DNA of 64,000 nt from Candidatus Ozemobacteraceae bacterium (GTDB lineage: Bacteria > Muiribacteriota > Ozemobacteria > Ozemobacterales > Ozemobacteraceae). Below, piece by piece: positions 1 through 9,431 of the stretch. The position numbers and the translations under genes were made by a program. The stretch is from assembly GCA_965140445.1 (NCBI GenBank), contig OZ223236.1, positions 4,352,001-4,416,000 on the forward strand, read 5' to 3'. The notes beneath the pieces were generated by a model. It saw nothing but the letters and a program-made list of their open reading frames with translations. It did not search any database and was not told where the DNA came from. The number at the start of each line of letters is the position of its first letter. Position 1 is the first letter of the stretch.

Positions 1-167
1 AAGATAACTATTCAGCTCTTGCGATTGTGATTTTTTTCCCATTTCGGCACAAATATTGCTGTATTCTTTGTATAATTATTCACAAATAGAGAAGGGAGCT
101 AAACATAGATTCTAAAAAGCTGGTGACTGTCAAAACAAATTCTTATTCAAACTCAGGAGACAGATAA

Positions 168-992
168 ATGAGCTTTCTCGACGATATTAAGCAAAAAATT
201 GAAGAAGTAGATTTTTCTGACATACGACTGCTAGTTGTTGGAATTTTTCTGGTTCTTTTGCCATTGCTTATTCTTCTTTTTTACTCTGAAAAAGCTAAAA
301 ATAGCGAAAGTCGAACACTAAAAAACCTTCAGCAATATTCGATTTCGAAGAATAGGAAGGGTTTTAGTTTCACTTCAAACACACCTACTACTGCCGGTAT
401 TTTCTCTAAAACCCCGAAATTCTTTTCATCTAAAAAATCTGAAAATGAATGGGAAAAGGCTATAAAAAGAACCCAGGAAGATAATCAGCTTCCTGCAAAA
501 ATCAGAATGCTTCCAAAAGACAAAAGGGACTTCTGGGAAGCAAATATGGACCCTCAAATTCGCATGGCAAACTACGAAATGGAAAACGGCAAATTTGATC
601 ATGCAATGAAGCTATGTGAAGAAATCCTTGACCGAGACTCCAACAACTATCTGCTTAAATTTCAGGCAAGCGGTAATTTATGTAAAATGTACAAACTTCT
701 TGGCAACGAGAAAGCTTATGAGAAAGAATTTCAAAGATATTTATCATTTCTTGAGAAAATAAAATATCCAGGATTTAGCGCCGGACCACTTACAGCAGGA
801 ATGAAAGGGATGCAAAAACTTGTTTCCAGCCTTCCAAAGATGCGTGTAAATCCACAAGTCAGAGCTTCAATTGAGAAAGCTATCGCAGAAAGGGGACTTA
901 CTGGTAAAATGACAGTAGATGCAGTTTTTGATCAGACCCAGGCGTTCTTTCTTCAATTGTCCAGAGGCTCTTACCAGGGAGGAAAAAAATGA
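168..992 (+). CDS. Membrane-anchored hypothetical protein with TPR-like helices
   Basis: N-terminal TM (LLVVGIFLVLLPLLILLF); TPR-like segment (GKFDHAMKLCEEIL); AGGAGA RBS; ATGA overlap with the next gene. Confidence 0.6.
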   Translation: MSFLDDIKQKIEEVDFSDIRLLVVGIFLVLLPLLILLFYSEKAKNSESRTLKNLQQYSISKNRKGFSFTSNTPTTAGIFSKTPKFFSSKKSENEWEKAIKRTQEDNQLPAKIRMLPKDKRDFWEANMDPQIRMANYEMENGKFDHAMKLCEEILDRDSNNYLLKFQASGNLCKMYKLLGNEKAYEKEFQRYLSFLEKIKYPGFSAGPLTAGMKGMQKLVSSLPKMRVNPQVRASIEKAIAERGLTGKMTVDAVFDQTQAFFLQLSRGSYQGGKK

Positions 993-3805
993 GGCGTGGT
1001 AACGTTTTCTTCATAATCATAGCTGTTTTGGCCATAATTTTTACCATGATGACTTTTTTTATTAAAGATACCATGCAGGAAAAGAATACAACTCAGTATT
1101 CCCAGCGAGTAGCTCAAACCGAATGCCTGGCAGAAGCAATCATGGAACGTGCGATGATAAAGCTGAAAAAAGAGCTCAACGACCCCGAAAACTGCAAGGA
1201 TAAAAATAGCTTAGCCTGTTTTATTAGAACTCCGATGACCAAAAATAAGTCCAGCTTTCTTGGCGATGACACATTCGGCAAAGATTACGAGCTGAATATT
1301 CCAGAAGAGAAAAAAATATTTGTCTTGAGCAAAGAGGACCTTGAAGGCGATCTTGGCTCAGAACTGACTGATGCAGTTAAGTTCATGGCGGGAGAGAAAG
1401 CGGATTTTAACGCAGAAGTTCAAATCAGCCTGGTAAAATCTTACGGTATCGGTCCTGGTCCAAGTGTTATTGTTCCTGACGATTTTAGAATTGCAGGCGT
1501 TGATATGCCCTGGAATATAAATGAATCGGTAATGAAGTTTCTAAATAACGATGGCTTTTCTGCTTTAACACTTGAGTTTCCTGATGGCCTGCAACTTTTT
1601 GATTTAAAAATAAACCTCCTTCCCGGGGCTGATGCTCTTTTAGGAACCAAAAAAATCACATCAGAGGGAACAGAATATCGTGACGGAGGAGCTTCAACAG
1701 AGGCTTTTAAAAACCCATTTGAAATAGATGTAATGAAACTTCTGGCTACCTTTGCGGAAAAAACCAGCAGTGCCGGTGATCAAAGCACAATGTCTCAAAT
1801 TCTTGAGAAAAATGAGATTAGCAAGCTTTTGCAATGGATGAGCGATACATTTGAAACAATGACTGGCAAAAACAGCTTTTATCCTCTTGAAATAAAATTG
1901 GCCAAAAGTATTTTCCCTCCAATTTCAGGAAAAGCCGGTTACACAATGCCTTCCAGCATTGAAGAGAACTACGCAACCGAAAAATATGGATTTCTGGAAA
2001 TAAATGCCAATGCAGCAATAATTTATCCTGACAAACAGGTTGTTTTCAAATCAGTTAAAGCTGAAAAGGAATTCAAGTGCGCTGATATTGAGCCTGTAGC
2101 TCCTTTGTACAGTTTCTTCATAAACAACACCAATAATGAATATCTGAATTTTAACAGTGTTGGCGGGAACCTCACCATTAACAACTTCTCCAGTTTAAAT
2201 AGAATCACAGGATCTGGAAAATCTTCTGATCCTGAAAAAACAGAATTTCCTGGTCTGGTAAGAGTTAACGGAACCGAAAACACCGTGGTAAATGTTGGTT
2301 TCATAGGTAACCCACTTTCTAACTCAATAGATTCATCAGACAATTCCCTAAAGAAAATGGGAAAGAGTGCTGAATGGGCTCTGGTCCTGGATCACAAATG
2401 TAAAAACGCTGCATTTGGCGCATCAACACAGTTCTATGATGCAAAAGAGAAGATAAACGACAAATATCGTAGCAAATTTGTTCAGCTTTCTAATACACAG
2501 ATAGCCAAAACAAAGGATAAAATTGAGTCAAAAGGGGCTGAATTCAACCCTCCAGTTATGAAACCGCCTCAACCTGCAGAAGAACATAAAACCAACTTCA
2601 AAAAAACTTTTGAAAAAGGAAATTTGAAGGCTGACGTAAAAGGTGGATTACAAAAGCTTTTTGGAGGTTTTCTACAGCCAAATATCCTACCTCCACTTGA
2701 TAAAGATAAACTAGGAGTTTACTTTTTCGAGCCTCCAATTCATTTCGCCAAGGATTACATGAAAAACGAATCCGGCGTATCTGGAATGAACATATTTAAC
2801 GACAGCTTTGTGAAATGGGAATGGCCGGTTTCCGGTTTTGGTTTTGACCAGTTCAGGATTCCTATTCCAACAGTTTCCGAAACCACAACCCAATTATTTG
2901 GGTTTGGCTCTGCTTATCCAACTTTAACTAAAGGGATTGAAGGAAACGTCTTAAAAAGAATCAGACAATGGCATCTGGGAATAATGTCATTCCCATGCCT
3001 CCCCCCACCCTTTGGGAAGCAGATTCCAACTCCCTGGGGACCACTTTTACCAATTTGGTTTCCTGTCTGGCACACCCATGACATAGAAAACAAATATGAG
3101 TATGCTTTATGGCTTTTAAAGGAAACACTGCCGGAAGGAGACATGGAAATTGAGGGATCGATTTACGATCCAACCCAATTGGCCAATCACCCACCAAATC
3201 TGTATTCTGTTGAGCAATATGCAAAGAAAGCTTCTTTTTATTATGCTACAGCAGAGGATTTTTATGCGGATTTAAAAAATCGAACTATTAAAGAAAATGG
3301 CAAAGATTGTTTGAATCTCAGCGGAATAACCTACATTGAGGACTCGGTTATTCTCCCCCCTCCTGAAATGCCAGAGCTTTGCGTTGCCGGCAAAGGAGCC
3401 ATTGTAACCGGCGGAAATTTCGTTATTCAAGGCGACATCAAAGATGCCTGGAATGAGGATGAAGAAAGAAAAGCTGATACTCCGCGAACAATTTTTTCCT
3501 TGATCGCCAGAAAAGGTGGTTTAATTGTTGATCCTGGCGCTGGACCTGCTTCGATAAGGCTGGAAGGTTCCATCTATACCGAAAAAGGCATGAGCGTCCC
3601 TTCCAGTAAAGGGGTCAAAATCGTCGGCAATTATGTGACTAATGCATTCTGCAAACTTCATCTGATGGGAGAGGTTCTGGTGGAATACGTTGCCTATAAA
3701 ACCAGATCGTCGCTAACTTCCGTTAATCCTGATCAGGGTGTTTATGATCCAGACAGGTATCTCATCACTTTGTCACCGGGATGGTCATCATGGAAACTTC
3801 AATAA
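989..3805 (+). CDS. Large PilX/GspK-like minor pilin (938 aa)
   Basis: MRRG|NVFFIIIAVLAII class III signal lacking E5, followed by AQTECLAEA; directly upstream of two prepilin genes. Confidence 0.65.
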   Translation: MRRGNVFFIIIAVLAIIFTMMTFFIKDTMQEKNTTQYSQRVAQTECLAEAIMERAMIKLKKELNDPENCKDKNSLACFIRTPMTKNKSSFLGDDTFGKDYELNIPEEKKIFVLSKEDLEGDLGSELTDAVKFMAGEKADFNAEVQISLVKSYGIGPGPSVIVPDDFRIAGVDMPWNINESVMKFLNNDGFSALTLEFPDGLQLFDLKINLLPGADALLGTKKITSEGTEYRDGGASTEAFKNPFEIDVMKLLATFAEKTSSAGDQSTMSQILEKNEISKLLQWMSDTFETMTGKNSFYPLEIKLAKSIFPPISGKAGYTMPSSIEENYATEKYGFLEINANAAIIYPDKQVVFKSVKAEKEFKCADIEPVAPLYSFFINNTNNEYLNFNSVGGNLTINNFSSLNRITGSGKSSDPEKTEFPGLVRVNGTENTVVNVGFIGNPLSNSIDSSDNSLKKMGKSAEWALVLDHKCKNAAFGASTQFYDAKEKINDKYRSKFVQLSNTQIAKTKDKIESKGAEFNPPVMKPPQPAEEHKTNFKKTFEKGNLKADVKGGLQKLFGGFLQPNILPPLDKDKLGVYFFEPPIHFAKDYMKNESGVSGMNIFNDSFVKWEWPVSGFGFDQFRIPIPTVSETTTQLFGFGSAYPTLTKGIEGNVLKRIRQWHLGIMSFPCLPPPFGKQIPTPWGPLLPIWFPVWHTHDIENKYEYALWLLKETLPEGDMEIEGSIYDPTQLANHPPNLYSVEQYAKKASFYYATAEDFYADLKNRTIKENGKDCLNLSGITYIEDSVILPPPEMPELCVAGKGAIVTGGNFVIQGDIKDAWNEDEERKADTPRTIFSLIARKGGLIVDPGAGPASIRLEGSIYTEKGMSVPSSKGVKIVGNYVTNAFCKLHLMGEVLVEYVAYKTRSSLTSVNPDQGVYDPDRYLITLSPGWSSWKLQ

Positions 3806-4275
3806 ATACTCTGCCCAGAAAGGGCCTTACACTACTTGAAATTGTAATTGGAATGGCGATTATCGCTATGGCCTTCATCCCGATAATTCGTGGAATAAAC
3901 TATGGAAACAAATCCACCGTAAAAATCTCGAATTACTCAAAGGTTTCGCGACTGGTAAAGAAACTGGTGGAGGAATGCAAGCATGTTCCATTTCCAACTT
4001 ATAAAGAGCAGTATGCGGAATTAAAGGATCAAAGCTGGTTTGCCATCAATCCTGAGTTCTATCCCAAAACCGTAGAAGCCTCCCGGGAAATGGAAGAAGA
4101 ACTCAAAGATCTGAACATTGATGCCCAACTAAAGGTGGTCAAAAATGAAGATGATGTTATCCGGGAAATTTGGATAAAGGTAAATGCAACCTGGAAAGAG
4201 GGAGATGGCACGACCAGAAACACTCCCCGCGAGCTACGCCTGGCACAGGCTATACATAACCCTGACGTGAATTAG
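3790..4275 (+). CDS. Prepilin-type N-terminal cleavage/methylation protein (PilV-like)
   Basis: RKG|LTLLEIVIGMAII motif; start could be 3781 or 3790. Confidence 0.8.
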   Translation: METSINTLPRKGLTLLEIVIGMAIIAMAFIPIIRGINYGNKSTVKISNYSKVSRLVKKLVEECKHVPFPTYKEQYAELKDQSWFAINPEFYPKTVEASREMEEELKDLNIDAQLKVVKNEDDVIREIWIKVNATWKEGDGTTRNTPRELRLAQAIHNPDVN

Positions 4276-4286
4276 GAGAAATCGGT

Positions 4287-5792
4287 ATGAGAACAAAAAA
4301 ATCGGGGTTTACCCTAGTTGAGGTAATGATAGGCGTTTTCCTATCAAGTCTTGTTCTGGGTTCTGTATATAGTATATGGGGAACAGCAAGACGTGATGTC
4401 TCTACTGCATCTGTGAGGCAGGTAATCGGTGACGAAGTAAAACTTGCGGTAACCTATATGGCTAAGGATTTTCAGGCTATAAAACAGGGATCACTTGAAG
4501 TAAAAGGTTCCAGCGATGGAAACAGCGCAGTAATAAAAATGAAGAGATACTCCCTTAAAGACAAAGAAGAAGGCGCTTCTGCCACTTCTTATGATTACAC
4601 AGAGGACATTGAGTACACATACCAGAAGCCTTTCTTAAAACGCCGAATAACAGGGAAGCCACAAAAGACGCTGGCCAGCCACTTGACTGCCTTTGAGCTA
4701 ACAAGAGGTGGCGATAAAACCAACCACACCACGAAGGATTTTTCCTCAACCCTGACCGAGCAGGAAAGAGCTTTAAATGCTCGTATAGACATTTCCATGA
4801 CGGGCACGTTAAAAGTAAATGTTACCGGCAAAGTTCAGACCCACACAGAAAAAACGTCTGTTTTCATGCGCGAAGAATTTCAAAATTCAGTGAGTGAAAA
4901 AAGGTATCTTTCCATGTTGAAACTCTTCAAAAAAGACAAGCTCCTGGATGAAGATAAAATGCTGGATACTTATTTAAATGATGGCACCCAACTCTTTACT
5001 GACGAGCAGCTAATGGCAATGAATGCTGAGCAGTTAGGTGAGCTGGCTTTGCAAGAGCAGGCCGGCTATGAGAAAGCTTTTGCCGAATTGTCCCAAATAG
5101 ATAAGGAAATAGGCAATGCCGACACAAAGCTGGATAGATGGTGGATCTTTGATAAATCAACTGAAGTAACTGATATCCAAAAGAAACTGAAAAAAATTGA
5201 TGTTTCAGAGAAGGATAGTGCGGATTCATTAAAAGAAAAATCAGAAAGCGTTGAAGCTGAAAAAGAAAAACTTACCAAGATTATCGAAGAATATGAAGTG
5301 GCAAATATGGAAAAATCTTTTGGTTCTGTATATGGAGATTTAGCCAGCTTGAAAACCTCAAAGCCATCCGAATACAAAGAGCTAAAAGAAGTTTATGACA
5401 TGATGATCAGAGATCGAACCATGAAGGAAATTCATGACCAGGCGCAAAAAGGCAGTGAATCTCCGACCGAGTATGTTGGCTTCCTGGACAGAAACAATCC
5501 TGAAAATATGGTCCGGGGATTAACTTACGATGCTCTTGGAAACCCAATCAATGTTACAGAATCCGATTCAGACTTTGCAGCACGTAAAACTGCGGCCTCC
5601 AGACAATATGAAATAGCCTCCAAGATGGATATGGAATGGATCAATACCCAGGAAGGTGAAGATTCGGTTAAAATGTATACCTCTGCAAAAAACCTGTATG
5701 ATCTTGCCGACACAAAAAAGGCTTCAATAGAGACTTTATACAGACATAAAAGCAACATGGAAAAAATTTCTACAATTCTTGCAAAAAAATAA
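4287..5792 (+). CDS. Prepilin-type protein (PilW-like) with long helical C-terminal extension
   Basis: KSG|FTLVEVMIGVFL motif; AGGAGA RBS. Confidence 0.8.
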   Translation: MRTKKSGFTLVEVMIGVFLSSLVLGSVYSIWGTARRDVSTASVRQVIGDEVKLAVTYMAKDFQAIKQGSLEVKGSSDGNSAVIKMKRYSLKDKEEGASATSYDYTEDIEYTYQKPFLKRRITGKPQKTLASHLTAFELTRGGDKTNHTTKDFSSTLTEQERALNARIDISMTGTLKVNVTGKVQTHTEKTSVFMREEFQNSVSEKRYLSMLKLFKKDKLLDEDKMLDTYLNDGTQLFTDEQLMAMNAEQLGELALQEQAGYEKAFAELSQIDKEIGNADTKLDRWWIFDKSTEVTDIQKKLKKIDVSEKDSADSLKEKSESVEAEKEKLTKIIEEYEVANMEKSFGSVYGDLASLKTSKPSEYKELKEVYDMMIRDRTMKEIHDQAQKGSESPTEYVGFLDRNNPENMVRGLTYDALGNPINVTESDSDFAARKTAASRQYEIASKMDMEWINTQEGEDSVKMYTSAKNLYDLADTKKASIETLYRHKSNMEKISTILAKK

Positions 5793-5869
5793 AAAAGTAT
5801 TAAACATTTTTTCCAAAGGGCCGATAGTTATTTAAGAAAAAGATAATAAATCTCAGGAGGCCCGCAAAC

Positions 5870-6109
5870 ATGATTCTTCCAAACACCCCACTCTATCAGT
5901 CAAAAACCGACGCTGAATTCCGTATTAGAATGATCGATCACATCAAAAAACACTACGGCGACGTAATGGGTAGTGAACTCAATCTTCTTGATCTTCCAAA
6001 TGGTCTTGAAATTCTTCAAGCAAAAGTCCAGCAGAGACTCTATGACGTTTCTAACGGCGCAATCAACTTGATTCCAGAAGAAAGACTTACGGACAAAATC
6101 GCAGCATAA
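5870..6109 (+). CDS. Small hypothetical protein
   Basis: AGGAGG RBS; followed by a terminator. Confidence 0.7.
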   Translation: MILPNTPLYQSKTDAEFRIRMIDHIKKHYGDVMGSELNLLDLPNGLEILQAKVQQRLYDVSNGAINLIPEERLTDKIAA

Positions 6110-6116
6110 TTTACGC

Positions 6117-6162
6117 AAAAAAAACGGGCTGGTGTGGTCTCCGACACCGGCCCGTTTTTTTT
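6117..6162. terminator. Bidirectional intrinsic terminator
   Basis: A8-CGGGCTGGTGT...ACACCGGCCCG-T8 between convergent genes. Confidence 0.9.
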
Positions 6163-6172
6163 ATTCAATTAT

Positions 6173-9142
6173 TTAATCAAATGGGCATTCATCCAATTCT
6201 GGTTTGTCATCGTTCTCCCTGGTTAAATACCTGTAGGCTTCGCCAATCCACAGAACAAATGACGTGCTGACAAGCATAATCAGCCATGTTTTTAATGATA
6301 AAGCTTCAGTTCTGAACATTTTTTTACCAAAAGTTACAATAAAAAACTGGATAATCACAATTGCCGGAGCAATAATCATAAAGCCTTTGTTTTCAGTGAG
6401 TCCTTTTAAGGCTGACTGCTTTAATCCAAGGCATCTTGCATTAAACATATTCCAGAATTGAAGTAGAACGAATGTGGTAAAGAATACAGAAAGTTCCCAC
6501 AAACTAACGGTTCCATCCTTCTGGAAATATTTAAGCATTCCAACCAGTATTACAAAGAAAACCGCACCAACTCCAAAAATATGCATATACATGGGTTTGG
6601 TAACAATGAAGTCTTTTGGTTTTCTGGGTTGGCGGGTCATAACCATCCAGTGTGGTGGTTCTGTAGCTAAGGCCAACGCAGCAAATGTGTCCATAATCAG
6701 ATTAACCCAAAGCATCTGAATGACAGTCAACGGCATTTTAACGCCAATAAACGGCCCAGTTAAAGCAACACCAAGTGCAACAACGTTAATGGTGAGCTGA
6801 AACATCACAAAGCGCTTAATATTGTCATAGAGGGATCTACCCCACATAATGCCCTTAACGACACTTGGGAAAGAATCATCCAGCAAAATGATATCACTGG
6901 CCTCTTTTGCGACTGAAGTTCCAGTCTTGCCCATCGCAAGGCCAACATTGGCATGATTTAAAGCCGGGGCATCATTGGTTCCATCCCCTGTAACCGCAAC
7001 CACATTTCCATTTTTCTGTAGAAGTTGAACCATTTTCATTTTATCCGCTGGTCTGGCTCGCGAAAGAATCTTAATATCCTCTACCGCTTTTGCAGCAGCT
7101 TCAGCATCTAATGCCTGAAAATCAACGCCGGTCATGTGAACTTTTTCAGGTGAATCGCCATCTTCGATTAAGCCGATCTGATTGGCTATTTCCCAGGCTG
7201 TATTGGAGTTATCGCCAGTAATGACTTTAACCTTTACACCGGCTTTTTTACAGGCTTCCAGAGCCATTGGAACATCGGGTCTGATTGGATCGGCAATTGC
7301 GATAAATCCCAACCAGGTCAGGCCATTTGCTATATCCAGCAAATCTTTTTCAAGGTCTAAATCAATATTTCTGAGGAAAGCAAAGCCGAGAGTTCTCATT
7401 CCACGGCGCTGACTCTCCTGAAGCTGCTCTTTTATTCCTTCATGAAAGCGTTTTATAGACTCAAGGCCTTTTGCCGTAATAATTTCAGAACATCGCTCCA
7501 GAATTATTTCAGGTGCACCTTTGATATAAAGAATTCTTTCATCACCCAGGCTTGAAATTCCTAGAGATCCCATCATTTTTCTTTCCGTAGAGAAAGTCCA
7601 TTGCCGCTCAAGTTTAAAGCTTTTGCGTAGTGGAAGATAATCAATTCCAGATTCTTCTAACCACATTAGGGCTGCGCCTTCTGTAGGATTTCCAATTGGA
7701 ATCGGTGACTGGCCATCGAGTCGGCTGATGTTAGCTGTACTATTGGCTGCTATGGATTCAGCTATAATTTTCTCAATATCTGAGCCAAGAGACTTATTTA
7801 GTTTTTCTTCAGCAAAAGCCTGGAAATAAGTTGCCTGAAGCTGCATTTTGTTCTGGGTTAATGTTCCTGTTTTGTCTGAACAAATAACGTTTGCCGCTCC
7901 AATAGTTTCGCAGGCGTGCATTCTTCGAACCAGATTATTAGCTGCTGTCATTCTCCTCATACTGTAGGCGAGGCTGAGGGTAACGCTCATAGGCAAACCT
8001 TCTGGAACTGCTACAACTATTATGGTAACAGCAATCATAAAGAATCTGACAAATGCGCTTATTGCGTCAGGAGTTAGCCACAAACTGGGATCTTCTGGTA
8101 GATAGCCAGTTACTGACCCGGATACGGTACAAAGAATAAAGAAAATAACTCCGGCACCTACTGTGGAAAGCCATGCATAGAGGTCTCCACGCTCGATAAT
8201 ATCAGGTAAGTCTATTTTTTTTCCGGCAAGGTCAAACCCGTCAGCAATAATTGGAATCCAAACTTTACTCAGTCCAATTGCCATGCTCAGGAAAATAATC
8301 GAAGAAAATCCCCATTGATAGCCTTCAAGCGCCAACTCTCCAGTTGAAAAATCCCTGAAAACCAAAGCAGCAAAAGTCATGAAAGCGATTGAGAAACCAA
8401 CCACACCGATTAGCTGGCTTAGTTTTTCCAGCTGAAGATTTAATGGGCTTGGTTTATGTGTTTCTTCGGAGGCCGCATAGGAAGCTTTTCCAATCTCAGT
8501 TTGGTCACCAACCTCAGTTACTTCAATGGTAGCGTGCCCATCAGAAACAAGGGTGCTGCGCAAAACTTTGAAAAATGGATAGGCATGATCCACCATTCCC
8601 TTAGCTCTCTTATCTCTTTCGGGAAATTTTGCCACTGGCAATGATTCGCCGGTAAGCTTTGCTTCATCAACCTGAAAGGAAACTTCTTCCAAAACAACAC
8701 CGTCAGCGGGAACTTCTTCGCCAGGCTCAAGAAGAACAATATCAAACTTTACAACATCTTTTCTGGGGATATTTTTGTATGATCCGTCACGAATAACCTT
8801 GACCATAATTTCATCAGAAACCTGGTTAAGGATTTCAAATTCTTTTCCAGCCTTGAATTCATTGAGAAAAGCCAGGACAGTAGCAAGCAAAATCGCTATT
8901 ACGATTCCGATTCCTTCGAAATATTCACCATTAATTGTCCCGACTGCAATAGCTATTACAGCAGCAATCATAAGAATTCTAATAATCGGATCGTTAAACT
9001 TTTCGAGTAATAACTTCCACCACGGATCTCGTTCAGCGGGAGTAAGAATATTCTCGCCAAACTTTTCTCTGTTCTCAAGCACTTGCTGAGAAGTGAGTCC
9101 TTTCAATTTCTGTGATATATCTGAAGGCTGCCCTGAAGCCAT
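6173..9142 (-). CDS. Calcium-translocating P-type ATPase (PMCA-like, P2B)
   Basis: TGES, VAVPEGL, DKTGT, TGDGTND and WVNLIMDT motifs. Confidence 0.93.
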   Translation of the reverse strand: MASGQPSDISQKLKGLTSQQVLENREKFGENILTPAERDPWWKLLLEKFNDPIIRILMIAAVIAIAVGTINGEYFEGIGIVIAILLATVLAFLNEFKAGKEFEILNQVSDEIMVKVIRDGSYKNIPRKDVVKFDIVLLEPGEEVPADGVVLEEVSFQVDEAKLTGESLPVAKFPERDKRAKGMVDHAYPFFKVLRSTLVSDGHATIEVTEVGDQTEIGKASYAASEETHKPSPLNLQLEKLSQLIGVVGFSIAFMTFAALVFRDFSTGELALEGYQWGFSSIIFLSMAIGLSKVWIPIIADGFDLAGKKIDLPDIIERGDLYAWLSTVGAGVIFFILCTVSGSVTGYLPEDPSLWLTPDAISAFVRFFMIAVTIIVVAVPEGLPMSVTLSLAYSMRRMTAANNLVRRMHACETIGAANVICSDKTGTLTQNKMQLQATYFQAFAEEKLNKSLGSDIEKIIAESIAANSTANISRLDGQSPIPIGNPTEGAALMWLEESGIDYLPLRKSFKLERQWTFSTERKMMGSLGISSLGDERILYIKGAPEIILERCSEIITAKGLESIKRFHEGIKEQLQESQRRGMRTLGFAFLRNIDLDLEKDLLDIANGLTWLGFIAIADPIRPDVPMALEACKKAGVKVKVITGDNSNTAWEIANQIGLIEDGDSPEKVHMTGVDFQALDAEAAAKAVEDIKILSRARPADKMKMVQLLQKNGNVVAVTGDGTNDAPALNHANVGLAMGKTGTSVAKEASDIILLDDSFPSVVKGIMWGRSLYDNIKRFVMFQLTINVVALGVALTGPFIGVKMPLTVIQMLWVNLIMDTFAALALATEPPHWMVMTRQPRKPKDFIVTKPMYMHIFGVGAVFFVILVGMLKYFQKDGTVSLWELSVFFTTFVLLQFWNMFNARCLGLKQSALKGLTENKGFMIIAPAIVIIQFFIVTFGKKMFRTEALSLKTWLIMLVSTSFVLWIGEAYRYLTRENDDKPELDECPFD

Positions 9143-9190
9143 TTTTTTCCCCTTGAAAATGCTGTGATTGGTACCCCGGAGGGTCGCTTG

Positions 9191-9219
9191 ATTATAGCGC
9201 AGTCACAAATTTATATCAA
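9191..9219 (-). promoter_or_regulatory. Sigma70-type promoter of the P-type ATPase
   Basis: Minus strand TTGATA-N17-TATAAT. Confidence 0.65.
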
Positions 9220-9431
9220 CCAACCTGTTGTGAAAAACATTACTCATGAGTATTTCAGAAATAAATGGAGACGTAATATTCGGCACATATATAACAGGCA
9301 GCAGTTGAAGTCGTTTGGATACGGATTTAAGCAAATCCAAGCTTTTTTTTATGAATCTGTATTCTCTAAAGAAAAAATCGAGAGATTGCAATTGCCGGCA
9401 ATCTCTCGATTCATGGTAAATTGAGGAAAAT

